DNA of 64,000 nucleotides from Thecamonas trahens ATCC 50062 (Eukaryota > Protista > Apusomonadida): NCBI RefSeq assembly GCF_000142905.1, contig NW_013657660.1:396056-460055 (forward strand). The letters are read 5' to 3'. The position numbers and the translations under genes are program-made. The notes under the pieces are model-generated. The model saw only the letters and a program-made list of their open reading frames with translations, was not told the DNA's origin and ran no database searches. The number at the start of each line of letters is the position of its first letter. The first letter of the stretch is position 1. Shown here piece after piece: positions 40,845-54,694 of this stretch.

Positions 40845-43800
40845 ATGGCGGCTGGCTCTGGCTGTCTGGCTACAACCTCACTGCCGGTGATGGTCATGGT
40901 CATGATGGTACTCTTCCTTAACGTTTTCCGACAAACGGAAGGAGCTTCGTCAACTGCTCCCTGTCCGCCCTTTGTCACCGCTGCTAATCGCTATGGTTCC
41001 ACCTACGTTAACAAATGGTCGGCTCGGGCTGCCTTTAACTCGGTCTGGGAGGACGTTGATGTCGATCAAGATGGTCTGGTGGAGAACTACTACGTCGTCG
41101 GATCGATGTGGACAGAGTTTGCGTCAACCTCATTCCTTCCGGCTTGGGTCTCATCCGACTGCACCTCTATCGCCACAGTGAGTTCGTTGCACTTTGATCT
41201 CACCACGCAAGGTACCGCTATCGGTACCAACAGCATCACCCACTCGGTCGTCGACAAAGACCTGACCGGAGACGGCTTTCCTGACGCCGTCATCTCGACC
41301 GCCAACGGTGTTCATCTGGTGCCCAACTCGGCGCTCTCCTCGCCGTACTGGGTCGCCAACGACACTGTGGCTGCCTCCAACATCTGGACCGCAGCCAGTT
41401 CTACCGGCACCATCCACGTGCTGGAGGACATGGATCTCGATGGCGATCTGGACATGGTGTTCTGGCACTACTCTTCGAGTGCCGATGCGACGTGGTACCC
41501 CAACATGGGCAACGGCACGTTCTCGGTCAACCCGATCATCATCCATGCCACACCCGGCTCGTACTACTGCTACGGACCAGCGTTTGGCGACTTTACCGGC
41601 GACGGGATTCGTGATTTTGCGGCCGGACGGACTGATCATCGAGTGGTGCTGATTGCGGCGAATGGAGCGGGCATCATTTCCGACGCCATCACGACGCCGG
41701 TTCTGATCTCGTACTCGAGCGTGTACACGCCCGGAAACGTGGGGATCGGCGATTTTGATGGCGACGGTGACAGTGATCTCGCTATCTTGTTCCATGGCAC
41801 TCGGGCATGGGGCTTTACGGCAGTGCGCAACGTGGCGACCGGCCCGGGGCCGTTTGTGGCCGGGGCGACCGAGTGGTTCAAGCGCGACTGCCGAGACTGC
41901 CGTGGGCTGGCCACATACGACGTGGACGGCGACGGACGGATGGACGCGTTGTATTCGTCGGTGCGGTACGACCAGTTCTTCTACACGCGGTGGGACGGAA
42001 CCGAATTTACGACACACACGATCGGGTCGGGTGTTGAGGCGTACTTTATCAAGTTTGTTGACATCGACAAGGACGGCAAGATTGATGTGCTGGCGGGTGA
42101 CGGATTCCGGCTCCGAATCTACGGGTTTGACTCGATCACCAGCTTCCCGCTGTGGTACAATCAGGAGATCCGATACGGACAGCGGAGCGCCGGGCGTGGG
42201 CAGTTTGACGTGGTGGACGTGGATGGCGACACGTGGATGGATGTCGTCTCACCAGGCTCGAACGGGATCTACATCATGTACAATGCTGGGCCTGCAAGCG
42301 CGCGGCCTGGAGCGGACGAGCTGTTCCCGCGGTCCAAGATGGTGCGAGCGATGGGCGATCCCGTGGTGACGTCGTGGGGCGTGGCGTCTGTGATCGGCGA
42401 CATCAACGGCGATGGGATGTTTGAGATCCTTGGGTTTACGGGCACGGCGGCACCGTACTCGATGGTGGCTGTGCGGCCTGCCACGAACGACGGGTACGCA
42501 CCGAACCAGTATGTGGCACCCGGCAGCGGGGTGTTTGGGTACAAGAGCGATGCGGCGATTGCACTGTCCGAGGCGTCGTTCACGGCGATGCACGCCATGG
42601 CTGTGGTTGACATTGACTACGACGGCGACTACGATGTGGTGTTCTCGGCACGCAACGGGAGCGAGGCCGGGGCGTTGTGGCTGGCGCGCAACCGGTACGT
42701 GGAGGACGGACTGAGCGGAACGACGAGCACCGTGTTTGACGAGCTGTTGCGACTGGGCTGGGGCCATAGCACGGGTGACTATGTGACCGAGTTTGAGATT
42801 GGCGACCTGAACAACGACGGGCAGCTGGAGATTGTGATGATCTGGTACGACAGTGAGCGGATCGACATTCTCTCGACGTCTGTGCCAGGGTATGGCGGGC
42901 CTGTGATCAACGGGAGCTATGCGACGGGAGGATCCGAGCTCGTGAGCCTGCAGATTGTGGACCTCAACATGGACGGATCGGACGATGTGCTGTTCCTGCG
43001 GAACAGGCGGTATGTGCGTGCGCTGTTTGGACAGGCGCCCGGGGCCGACTACGAGCATTTTCACTACATGACGGAAGTCGAACTGTACGACGCGGGGCGT
43101 GAGACGTATTGGGTGACAGCGGGACAGCTCAACGGACCGGACGATGCGTATGTGGACATTGCAGTTGTTCGGTACAACGATCCTGTAATCTGGCTGGTGG
43201 GCCAGGACGGGAGCGGGACCAACTATGCTGCGCGCAGCGTGGGCGGGATCCCGGCGCTGACCAACAGCCACTACCGAGGCACGCACGCGGTGGCGCACTT
43301 TCGGGACGTGAACGGTGACGGGTACGACGACGTGGAGTTTACGTCTACACAGTACATCTACTACATGCCATCGTACGGGTTCAACGGGGCGTACAACTAC
43401 CACTGGTCGTCATCGTATCTATATTACACATACGGCATGGTTGTGGCGGACGTCAACGGCGACTCACTCCCGGAGATGATCTCGCCGAACCACAACGGGC
43501 CGGTGGCATCGACGTGCACTACACGACGAACCGGTTCACGAGCATCAGCCTACAGCGGACGAGTCTTTCACGCGATGTGGACAACTCGCGGATGATTGAC
43601 TGGAATCTGGATGGGCGGCCTGACCTGTTCTCGCTGACGACGGTGGGCGGAGTGGCGACGGTGAGCTTGCATGTACACAACCCGGCAGCGGTGTGGCAGG
43701 CGTACACAGACGCAGACCGGGAGGAGTTCAATCTGCCCTGGTGCAACCCGATGCGTGATCCTCTGATGCATGATCTGACGGGGTCTGGGCTGGTGGACGT

Positions 43801-46800
43801 GTTCATGGCGTGCAATAACGACAACACGATGGCGATGCTGTCGCGCGAGTTTGCCGCGAATGCTGTGCTGGAGCCTGTGGTGACAGTGGTGGACCTCCGG
43901 AAGGACATGGGGACGTCTGCCTGCAATGTGTGGCTGTACTTTGAGTGGGTGGACTTGCGGGCTGGCGGATACGACGAGCTGCTTGTGTCATGCTCATCAG
44001 GCGGCGGGATTGTGCTGATGGACGTGGTGGCTGCATTTGCGGGGGCAGACATGGGCAACGTGACAAACCTGCGGCTGTCCGACGGCGAGTCACTAGCATT
44101 GTTCACGGCATCCTCGTCGTACCAGGGTGTGCGGTGCTTTGACGTGGATGGCGACTCGCTGCTGGACCTTGTGATTGGCGACTCGACAGGGGTGCAACTC
44201 TCGTACATTCTCAACTCGGGCAGCAGCAGCGGGCCCGTGTTCAACGAGACGGTGCGTGTGCCGCTGCAGACGCACATTTCGCGTGAGGCGACGACGCAAG
44301 GGACGATGTACTCGTTGGCGGCAGAGGATGTGGACAACGACGGGGCCATGGACATTGTTGTGTCGACAACCAACGCAGGCACGTTTGTGCTGTACAACCA
44401 GTCGCCGATGGGCGGGCCGTTCAACGAGAGTGGGTTGGTGCTGTCGACGCGGTTTGCGCCGCGGACGCTCGCATCCGTGGGCGGGCTGCGATCGTCTGTG
44501 CGGCATCCTGTGGTTGTGGCGGATCTCGATGGCGACGGATGGCGCGACCTGGCGTTTGCGTATGACCGGTACGTGGGGATGTTCATCGACAACAACCGGG
44601 TGAATAGCCCGACGACGAATCCACCCGAGACGTTCCGCGTGGACGTGAAACGGTGTGGGTACACGATGGCATGTGTGATGGACACGATCACCCGACTGCC
44701 CGGGTACTGCTCACTTGACTCTGTGGTGATGCCTGCGGGGACGTACACCGGGTGCTACCAGGTGAAGCCTGCGGAGCTCCGCAAGTCGATCCATCTGATT
44801 GGCGAGGGGGGTCCGGGAGCACAGTGATCGACTGCGGGCGTGGACCGGCTGGACCGGCAGGCTCTGGCCACTACGGGTACCAGGTGAAGGAGGCATCTGT
44901 GGCTGTGACGATCACCGGGGTGACGTTCAAGAACTTTTACACCGACTCGACCGGGTTTGGCGGCGGCGCGCTGCAGGTGACTGATGGCGGGACGCTTGAG
45001 CTCCACGACGTGGTGTTTGAGGGGTGCGAGGCACGGGCGTTTGCGCAAGCGTCTGTGCGATCACCGCTGCTTGGGTTCGGGTCTGCGATTCTTGTGTATG
45101 ACGGCGGGATTGTCGAGGGCGACGGGCTGCGGTTCTCTGACAACTCGGCGGGGCATTCCGGTGGAGCGATTGCGGTGCTAGGCGATGCGAACAGCGTGAG
45201 ACTGAGCAACACGGTGTTTGAGCGTAACGTGGCGGTGTACTCGGGCGGAGCGCTGTTCTTTGAGCAGACGGAGGGCTCGAACAGTCTGAGCTTTGTGGAC
45301 GTGCAGTTCAACGAGAACCGAGCCGTTGGCGATCCAAAGCGAAGCGAGGTGCTCGCGCGCGGCGGGGCGGCAGTGTTCATTGTGTACGGCGGGAGCCTGA
45401 GCGTGGCGCTTAGCGGGACGACGTGGGCTCGCAACGATGCGATGAATGAGGCCGGAGCGCTTCAAGTTGTGACGACGCTCGACTCGAGCGCGAGCGTGGA
45501 CATGACGAACACTCGGTTTGTGGACAACAGTGCAAGTGAGTCTGGTGGAGCGGTGTTTGTGTCTGTGGTGGATGCGTCGACGGCAACGATCAACCTGCAG
45601 GGCGGGGTGGTGTTCTCGGGCAACAGCGCAGGCGGGTCGGGCGGAGCGCTGTTTGTGTCTGCGTCATCTGACGCACCGAACCAGGCGCTTGCGCCACGGG
45701 CGGTTGTGAGCGGAGTGGCGGGCGATCTTTTGTTTGAGAACAACAAGGCGTCAATTCATGGCGGAGCTGTGGGCCTGCGAACGGAAGGCGGCGAGGACGC
45801 CGCGCTTGCGCCGATCGAGTTCACGACAAGCGGGGCTCAGTTCCGCGGCAACGATGCCGGGCGGATCGGTGGCGGTGTGGCCGGGCTTGGACGGCCTGTT
45901 GTGACTGTGAGCGGCGGCGACTTTTCGTACAATACGGCGACGTTTGGAGCCGCAGTGGGCAGTGCGCGGGCGAGTGGGTACATGCAGGGAGCACAAAGCG
46001 CGACCGGGTTCACGATTGAGGCGTCGTCTGCGTCGCTGCCGCTCGCGTCGTACGATGCGGCGAGTGCGAGCGGGGGATGTGGCGCGGTGCGGCGCGGGGT
46101 GATGGAGATCAAGGGCGGGACGGCGCTGGCGGACAACGTGGCAGCGTACGGGCCCGTGGCATTTACGTGCGAGAATCTTGTTGTGCTCAACTCGCTCGGA
46201 TCGCTCTCGCTTGGAGTGCAGTCACCGGTGGGCGGAGTGGTGTTTGAGTGCGCGACGACGCTCGACTGTAGCGGGAGCGGCGATCCTTGCTGCAGCAGCG
46301 GGTCGGGAGGATCGCTGCTTGCAGGCACGCCATGGGTGGCACTCGATAGCGGGGCGTCTGCGGTTGTGAATGCGACAGCAAACGCGCTGCAGAACGCGGT
46401 GTCATACGGGCCGTACCGTGCGACGCCTGCTGTGCGGATGCAGTTTGTGTCACCGTTCCCCGAGTCTGTGTCGACAGGACTGCCGTTTGGACGTGGCGGG
46501 GTGCTTGTGGTGTACGACGCGTTTGATCAGCTTGTGGTTGACTCGAATGTGGTGGCAGAGTTGGCACTAGATTCAGGATCGACGACAAACTTCAAGTTTT
46601 CAGGAGGGGCACAGCAGCAGCTGCTTGCGACATCGCCGGTGTCGTTTTCGGCGTCCAAGCTCTCGCTGACATCCGAGGCCGGGATCGGGACTGCGGCGAG
46701 CTTTGTGGTGCGGATGGTCAAGTCAGCTGTACCGGCGACGTCACTGCTGTACCCACAGCTTGAAGGATCGACGACTGTGGCACCGTGTCTGCCCGGTGCC

Positions 46801-49062
46801 GGTGTCGTTGCTCGACCTGGCTCGGATGTGCTGGAGTGTGCAGAGTGTGTGGAGGGGACGTTCTCGAACGACACATCGCTGGATCCATGCCAAGCATGCC
46901 CTGCTGCCGAGTTCCTGACGGGTACAGGGGCAACCGAGTGTCTGCTCTGCCCCAAGGGAACGACACTTGTGGGCGGGCTGTTTGACCCGGACGTCGGGCT
47001 CAACTGCACATGCTTGCCCGGATACTGGCACCGATTTGCGGCGTACAACGAAGAGTGCGAGGAGTGCCCGCCAGGTGGGTTCTGCAAGGGTGGGACGGCG
47101 GTTCCTGTGGCGAAGCGTGGCTACTATCCGACACAAGAGGCGGATGTGTTCCTGGAGTGTCCGAACTCGGGAGCGTGCGTGGGCGGATTCCCGTTCCAGT
47201 GTGCGGAGGGGTACAAGGACCGGCTGTGTGCGGCATGCAAGCGCGGGTACTATGCGCTGTCTGGGCGATGCTACAGGTGTGATGACCGGACGATTCCGAT
47301 CATGTGCCTGATCATTCTGCTCTCGTTTGGACTCGTGTTTCTGCTTGTGTGGCTCAACTCAAAGGAGGAGCTGAGCTACCGGTTTGCGGCTGTGATGATT
47401 GGGTTTAACTCGCTGCAGATCAGTGCAATGTACGGGCGGCTGGAGCTGCCGTGGTCGGACTTTGCACGTCAGTTCTTTGACATTGTGTCTTTCCTCAATC
47501 TCAACTTTGATCTGAGCTCGCCCGAGTGCGCGACGGTGACAGAGGATGTGTGGCTGCTCAAGTGGTGGATCACGATGATGCTGCCACTGCTGTTCTGCAT
47601 TCCGTTCCTGTCTGTGTTTGGCGGATGGACACTGTACATCAAGTGGGGTGCGGCCAAGCTAGAGCGGACGGCGGAACTGACGGTAGGCTCACTGGCAGAT
47701 GCATGCCGGCGTGGGTACTTTCAGCTCATGGCGCTGTTGTATCTGCCGCTGACAGCGATGACGATGAGCTACTTTAACTGCCATCAGAACGACGAGGGGC
47801 GGTGGGTGCTCCAGGCAGCGCCATCGAAGAGCTGTTATGGGGTGTGGTATTGGAACTACTTTGGTGTTGCAGTTGCCGGGTCTGTAGCGTACTGCATCGG
47901 GATCCCATCGTTTGTGTACTGGCTGCTGTCGCGTGCGCGGCGGCGGAACCCGGAGGAGTATGCGATTTTTGCGTTGCGATACGCGTTCCTTGTGGGGCGA
48001 TTTGACGCGGACAATTTCCGGTTCGAGGTGTGGATCATGGTGCGCAAGTTTGGGGTTGTGTGTGTGATGACGTTGTTTGCGTCAACAGTTGTACGAGCGC
48101 ACATGGCGACACTTGTGCTGACGGGATCGCTGATGCAGCTTGTGCGGTTCCTGCCGTACATGTCGCTGTTCCACAACTCGCTTGCGGTGCTGTGCCTGGC
48201 GTCGTGCACGGGGATCCTGTGGGCAGGGACGTTTGGGCCGTCGCGAGCGCGCGACATGGGAGTGATGGTTGCGATTATTGTCAACATCTGCGCGATTGTG
48301 GTCGGTAATGTGATCGACTTGATCATCATCTACCGGACACGGCGCGAGGCCGAGAAGGAGTTTCTGGCGGATGAGGCGGACGATCTGAAGGAGGCTGGCA
48401 CGTTTACAACGTTTGGTGACGGCGGGTGTGCGGGTGGCAACGAAGTGGAGCTGTCTGTACTTGGCCAGACGCTGGGCTCTGCGATTATGACGACAATGGA
48501 GTCGCCGATATTGAGCGGAGTTGACTCGGACAAGTTTGGGTCGGTGAGTGTGGTGAACCCTGTGTTTGGTCGGGAGGGTGCGATGATGCGGCTCGACTCT
48601 GTGCAGTCGATGGGTGACGGAAGCGTTGCGTACTCGATGAATCCGGCGTTTTCGGCAGGGGTTGAGTCGAACTCTGCTATGTTTGGATCCGAAGACGGTG
48701 CAAACGACCTTGTGACTCCACCGCCGGCGATGCCGTTGCCGCCGGCTTCTGGGATCACCGAGCCAATGGCGCTGTCGGCAGAACTTGAGTGCGTGGATGA
48801 CGATGCGGCGATGTACAACGGACCGGGATCTTTGTCCTCACCAACGCATTCGTTGGCACTTCCAACCAAGCCGGCGTTGCCGGCGCCGCTCCCGACCAAG
48901 CCAGCGATGCCAGCTCCGCCGCCGCCGCGGCCTGCTCTGCCGTTGAAGCCTGCGCTACCACCAGCATTGCCGGGCAAGGCGGGGCTCCCGCCGCCGGCCA
49001 AGCAGCCGCTGTCACCGATCTCGTCTTCATCATCTTCGTCGTCGTCGTACTATTCGTCGTGA
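40845..49062 (+). CDS. Giant FG-GAP/beta-helix/Cys-rich/7TM receptor-like protein (paralogue B, ~2740 aa); two apparent frameshifts (~43498, ~44808)
   Basis: Three consecutive ORFs (40782..43595, 43514..44827, 44752..49062) give the same domain order as paralogue A. They share the block YRFAAVMIGFNSLQISAMYGRL / YKFAAAMIGLNALQISAMYGKL and also L.SPECA and FLVGRF. Confidence 0.87.
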
Positions 49063-49122
49063 CTCGATGAGATAAATGGATTCATTTGAGAAGCAGAGGA
49101 CGGCAGAAGAGATGGGAAGGAT

Positions 49123-51555
<2,433 letters not shown>

Positions 51556-52108
51556 CTACTTTCCAAGTCAAGTCTGTCTTCTTTCTCGTCATATGCCGTT
51601 GTGGGTGACGGGGCAAGCGGCAGAGAGCGGGTGGAGGGGGAGGGGGGACGGGGGACGGTGCGGGTGAGCGAACAAAAGGCGAACGAACAAAAACAACGAC
51701 CAACAAATGAAGGTTCAAACGAATGTGAAGCATGAGCGAGTCAACGAACAAACGTAGGAATATTTGGACGAGCGAACGAACGAAGGAACATAAACGAAAC
51801 GAGCGAACGAACGAAGAAAACGAATTGTGAGCGACGTCCCACACTTTGTGTGACTGCTGAGGTCACACGTCAGTGTCAGTGGTATGGTGATGTGGAAGGG
51901 GGGGGGGGGGGGGGAGCGATGAGCAGGGGAGGGGGCTGTGCGGCGACTCGGGAAGGGATAATTTTCGCTTGTTTGTGTATGTGTTGGATGGATGAGGTGA
52001 TTCGGGCGAGTGCGGCGAGTGCGTCCGCTGCGAGCTGGTCGCGGTAGGCATCACCTGACTTGTTGTGAGGGAGGGCAACGAGCTGAACTCTGGCCGACGT
52101 TGTTGTTC

Positions 52109-52957
52109 ATGGCGGCTTTGGATCGAGAGATCGAGCTCGATAGTGGGGCAGCAGTCCGAGTGGCGCAGGATCTGGATCTTGGGCTCGGCGGCTCGGTGTG
52201 GGATGCCTCTATCGTGCTCGCAAAGTACCTCGATCACATCCAGCTGGACGGCTTGATGTACCCAACTGCGCTTGGTGCCGGCGTTGGCGGCGACGTCGGT
52301 GAGGGCTCCGGCCCAGGGTTGGCCCCGGGAGTCCAGAACCCGTCGAGTCCAAGCCCGAGCGTGCCGGGCCCCGCAGATACGCTCTGGCTGGAGATCGGAG
52401 CCGGGACGGGAGTGCTCGGGCTGGCGGTGGCCGAGCTCCTTCGCGGGATGGCGAGGAGCGGCAGCGGAGCAGTGGATGTGGTCGTCACCGACATCCCACC
52501 GGCTCTCGCGCTGCTGGAGAAGAACGTGGCAAACTACGTGGCCGAGCACGGGCTGGAGACGGTCACCCTTGCTTGCGGCGAGTTGCCGTGGAGCGTCGAG
52601 CCGGGCAAGGTCGAGGTCGCAGTGGCTGGCATCCCGGGCTTGGCCGACAAGCTTGCCAACGCCCCCGGGCTTGCCGTCCTCGCGGGGGCTTGCGTGTACG
52701 AGGCCGACGACTTTCCTGCTCTCCTCTGCACGCTCGCCACGCTATGTGCTGCTCTTCCGCTCGGTGCGCCCGTGAGCGTGGTTATGGCTACCGAGCTCCG
52801 CGGCCAGGGCGAGATCGGGTTCTTCCGCCAGGCGCGCGGGCTCGGGTGGAACGTGCGGTACATCGAGGCCGACGCGCTGCATCCGGACTGGGTTGCCGAC
52901 GACATCGTCGTCGTGGTCCTCACCAATGAGCTGGGCGCGCCTGTGACGGGATGCTGA
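52109..52957 (+). CDS. METTL21/VCPKMT-like protein-lysine methyltransferase (Methyltransf_16)
   Basis: GGSVWDASIVLAKYL, LEIGAGTGVLGL, VVVTD, L..NV.., LPW and ACVY (cf. DxxY). Confidence 0.85.
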   Translation: MAALDREIELDSGAAVRVAQDLDLGLGGSVWDASIVLAKYLDHIQLDGLMYPTALGAGVGGDVGEGSGPGLAPGVQNPSSPSPSVPGPADTLWLEIGAGTGVLGLAVAELLRGMARSGSGAVDVVVTDIPPALALLEKNVANYVAEHGLETVTLACGELPWSVEPGKVEVAVAGIPGLADKLANAPGLAVLAGACVYEADDFPALLCTLATLCAALPLGAPVSVVMATELRGQGEIGFFRQARGLGWNVRYIEADALHPDWVADDIVVVVLTNELGAPVTGC

Positions 52958-53009
52958 CCGCGCGCATCGAGTTCAGTGTGTTTAGTGCTGTGATGGCGGC
53001 GTGGCAGAG

Positions 53010-53576
53010 TTAGAGGACCGGGCGCGGGTTGATCCAGTCGAGAAACTCGTTGAATGAGATGTAGCCGTCGTTGTTGGCATCGACGGTGTTGGCCAAGGCG
53101 AGGATGTCGGCCTCATCGATGCCTTCGGAGACGTCAAGGACGGTGTCGGGCATGTGCTTGAGCATCTGGCGGTACTCGTCGACAGGAATGGCGCCGGTGT
53201 TGTTCGGATCAAACTCGCGGAAGAGTCGGATGGCAGCAGCGAGGGCGTGCGAGTTATCGGCATGGAGACGCTCAAACTTGCCGCCGTCCTGCATCCACCA
53301 CGTGCGAAACTCTTCAAACTCGATCGCACCCGACCCGTCGGCATCCATAAAGGCCATAGCGTTGACAAGCTCTTGCTCTGAGAGATAGAGTCCCTTGTCA
53401 TAGCAAAGGTTGTGGAACTCGTCCATCTCCAGATTGCCCGTGTTTGATGCATCGTACTCATCAAACAGATTGCGGAGAATGACTTCAGAGAGCGACGAGA
53501 GTCCGTGCACGTCCGGCCGAGGAAAGTCAGGCTCGTCCTCGAGCGCCTCAATCCGCATCCCTGCATACCACCGCAT
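53010..53576 (-). CDS. Four-EF-hand calcium-binding protein
   Basis: Loops DASNTGNLEMDE, DADGSGAIEFEE, DPNNTGAIPVDE and DANNDGYISFNE. Start at 53576 or 53558. Confidence 0.92.
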   Translation of the reverse strand: MRWYAGMRIEALEDEPDFPRPDVHGLSSLSEVILRNLFDEYDASNTGNLEMDEFHNLCYDKGLYLSEQELVNAMAFMDADGSGAIEFEEFRTWWMQDGGKFERLHADNSHALAAAIRLFREFDPNNTGAIPVDEYRQMLKHMPDTVLDVSEGIDEADILALANTVDANNDGYISFNEFLDWINPRPVL

Positions 53577-54065
53577 CCCCGCACATGCCGCCGCGCTTCC
53601 TACAAGACCCTGTCCTCCCCACACATCCAGCCACCCGGTCCCTCATCATCCAAGTAAGTGCCCGCAACCTTCCACCGCCCGGAAAAGGTCGTCAACAGCC
53701 CCAATAGTGATCGATCACCACTTTGCCTGCTTGTGACCCAGAGCAACCCACCTGGACCGTCCCCTCCCCCCCCCCCCCCTTCCCCAACGCGTACGCTTCG
53801 TGAGGCAAGTACAGCTGAAGCAAAGCGAAGCATGACAAGTAATAGAGAAGGTGTAGACTACAAGGGACAACCGTGTAGCTATCGTGCGCAAGCTGCGATC
53901 AAGACGAGTGCCGCACACACGCCGCTAGCCGCGATCATCGCAGTCGACAGGTGGAAGCGGCAGGAAAAAGCCGTGGAAGCGGCAAGCCGTGCGGCGATCG
54001 ATCACAGGCAACGTTTGTTCCCCACAGCTACCACAGCCACCCTCACTACTCACCAGCATCAGGGC

Positions 54066-54653
54066 ATGGCCAACGAGAGCGAGAGTGGGGAGAGCGTGTG
54101 GGAGGCATGGGAGCAGGTTCTCTGCGGTAGCACTCCTTGGACGCTCGGTATGGAGCGGGCGGCTGTGCTCGACGGCTCGTACCGAGCCTGGACAGACAAC
54201 GACAATCAGATGCATCTCGTTCATCTGCCTTATCTCAAGCCGATGGGTGCCGACGTCGTGCTCGACGAGTCGCAGCGAAGCGAGCTGATCGACCGCATCG
54301 CAGCGGTGATTCGTGCTGCAGGTGCAGAGGCCGTATCGTCTGGACTAGTTCACCTCGGTCGGCCTAAAGGCCGCTGCAAGGGCAAGGTCTATCTCAAGAT
54401 CGAGCCAAGCGATGATAGCGCCGGTGTCCTCGCCATGTCGTGGTCATATATGAGACCGCCGGGCGGGATGAAGGCCACATCAGCCGCGCTGTGGGAGACC
54501 ATGGATCGATGGCTGCCACGTGGAGCGGGCGGGAGCGACGAAGAAGTCGGCGAGCGGAACGATGATGACATCGGCGAGTGCAACGACGACGAGCTCGACT
54601 TTGGACGTATCCAGCCGATGTCAAACGTGGCTGGAAATCGCAACTGGGTGTAG
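54066..54653 (+). CDS. Hypothetical protein
   Basis: ATG MANESESGES within ORF 53658..54653; globular-looking composition; no family recognised. Confidence 0.5.
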   Translation: MANESESGESVWEAWEQVLCGSTPWTLGMERAAVLDGSYRAWTDNDNQMHLVHLPYLKPMGADVVLDESQRSELIDRIAAVIRAAGAEAVSSGLVHLGRPKGRCKGKVYLKIEPSDDSAGVLAMSWSYMRPPGGMKATSAALWETMDRWLPRGAGGSDEEVGERNDDDIGECNDDELDFGRIQPMSNVAGNRNWV

Positions 54654-54694
54654 GCATGACCGGCCGATATGTGCGAGCGGGCGCAAACAAGGAG

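Noticed and set aside
35091-49062. C2CD3 and receptor B (and DP) as pseudogenes or programmed-frameshift genes
   Set aside because: There are no in-frame stops once single homopolymer bases are restored and no shared slippery-site structure; assembly error is more parsimonious.
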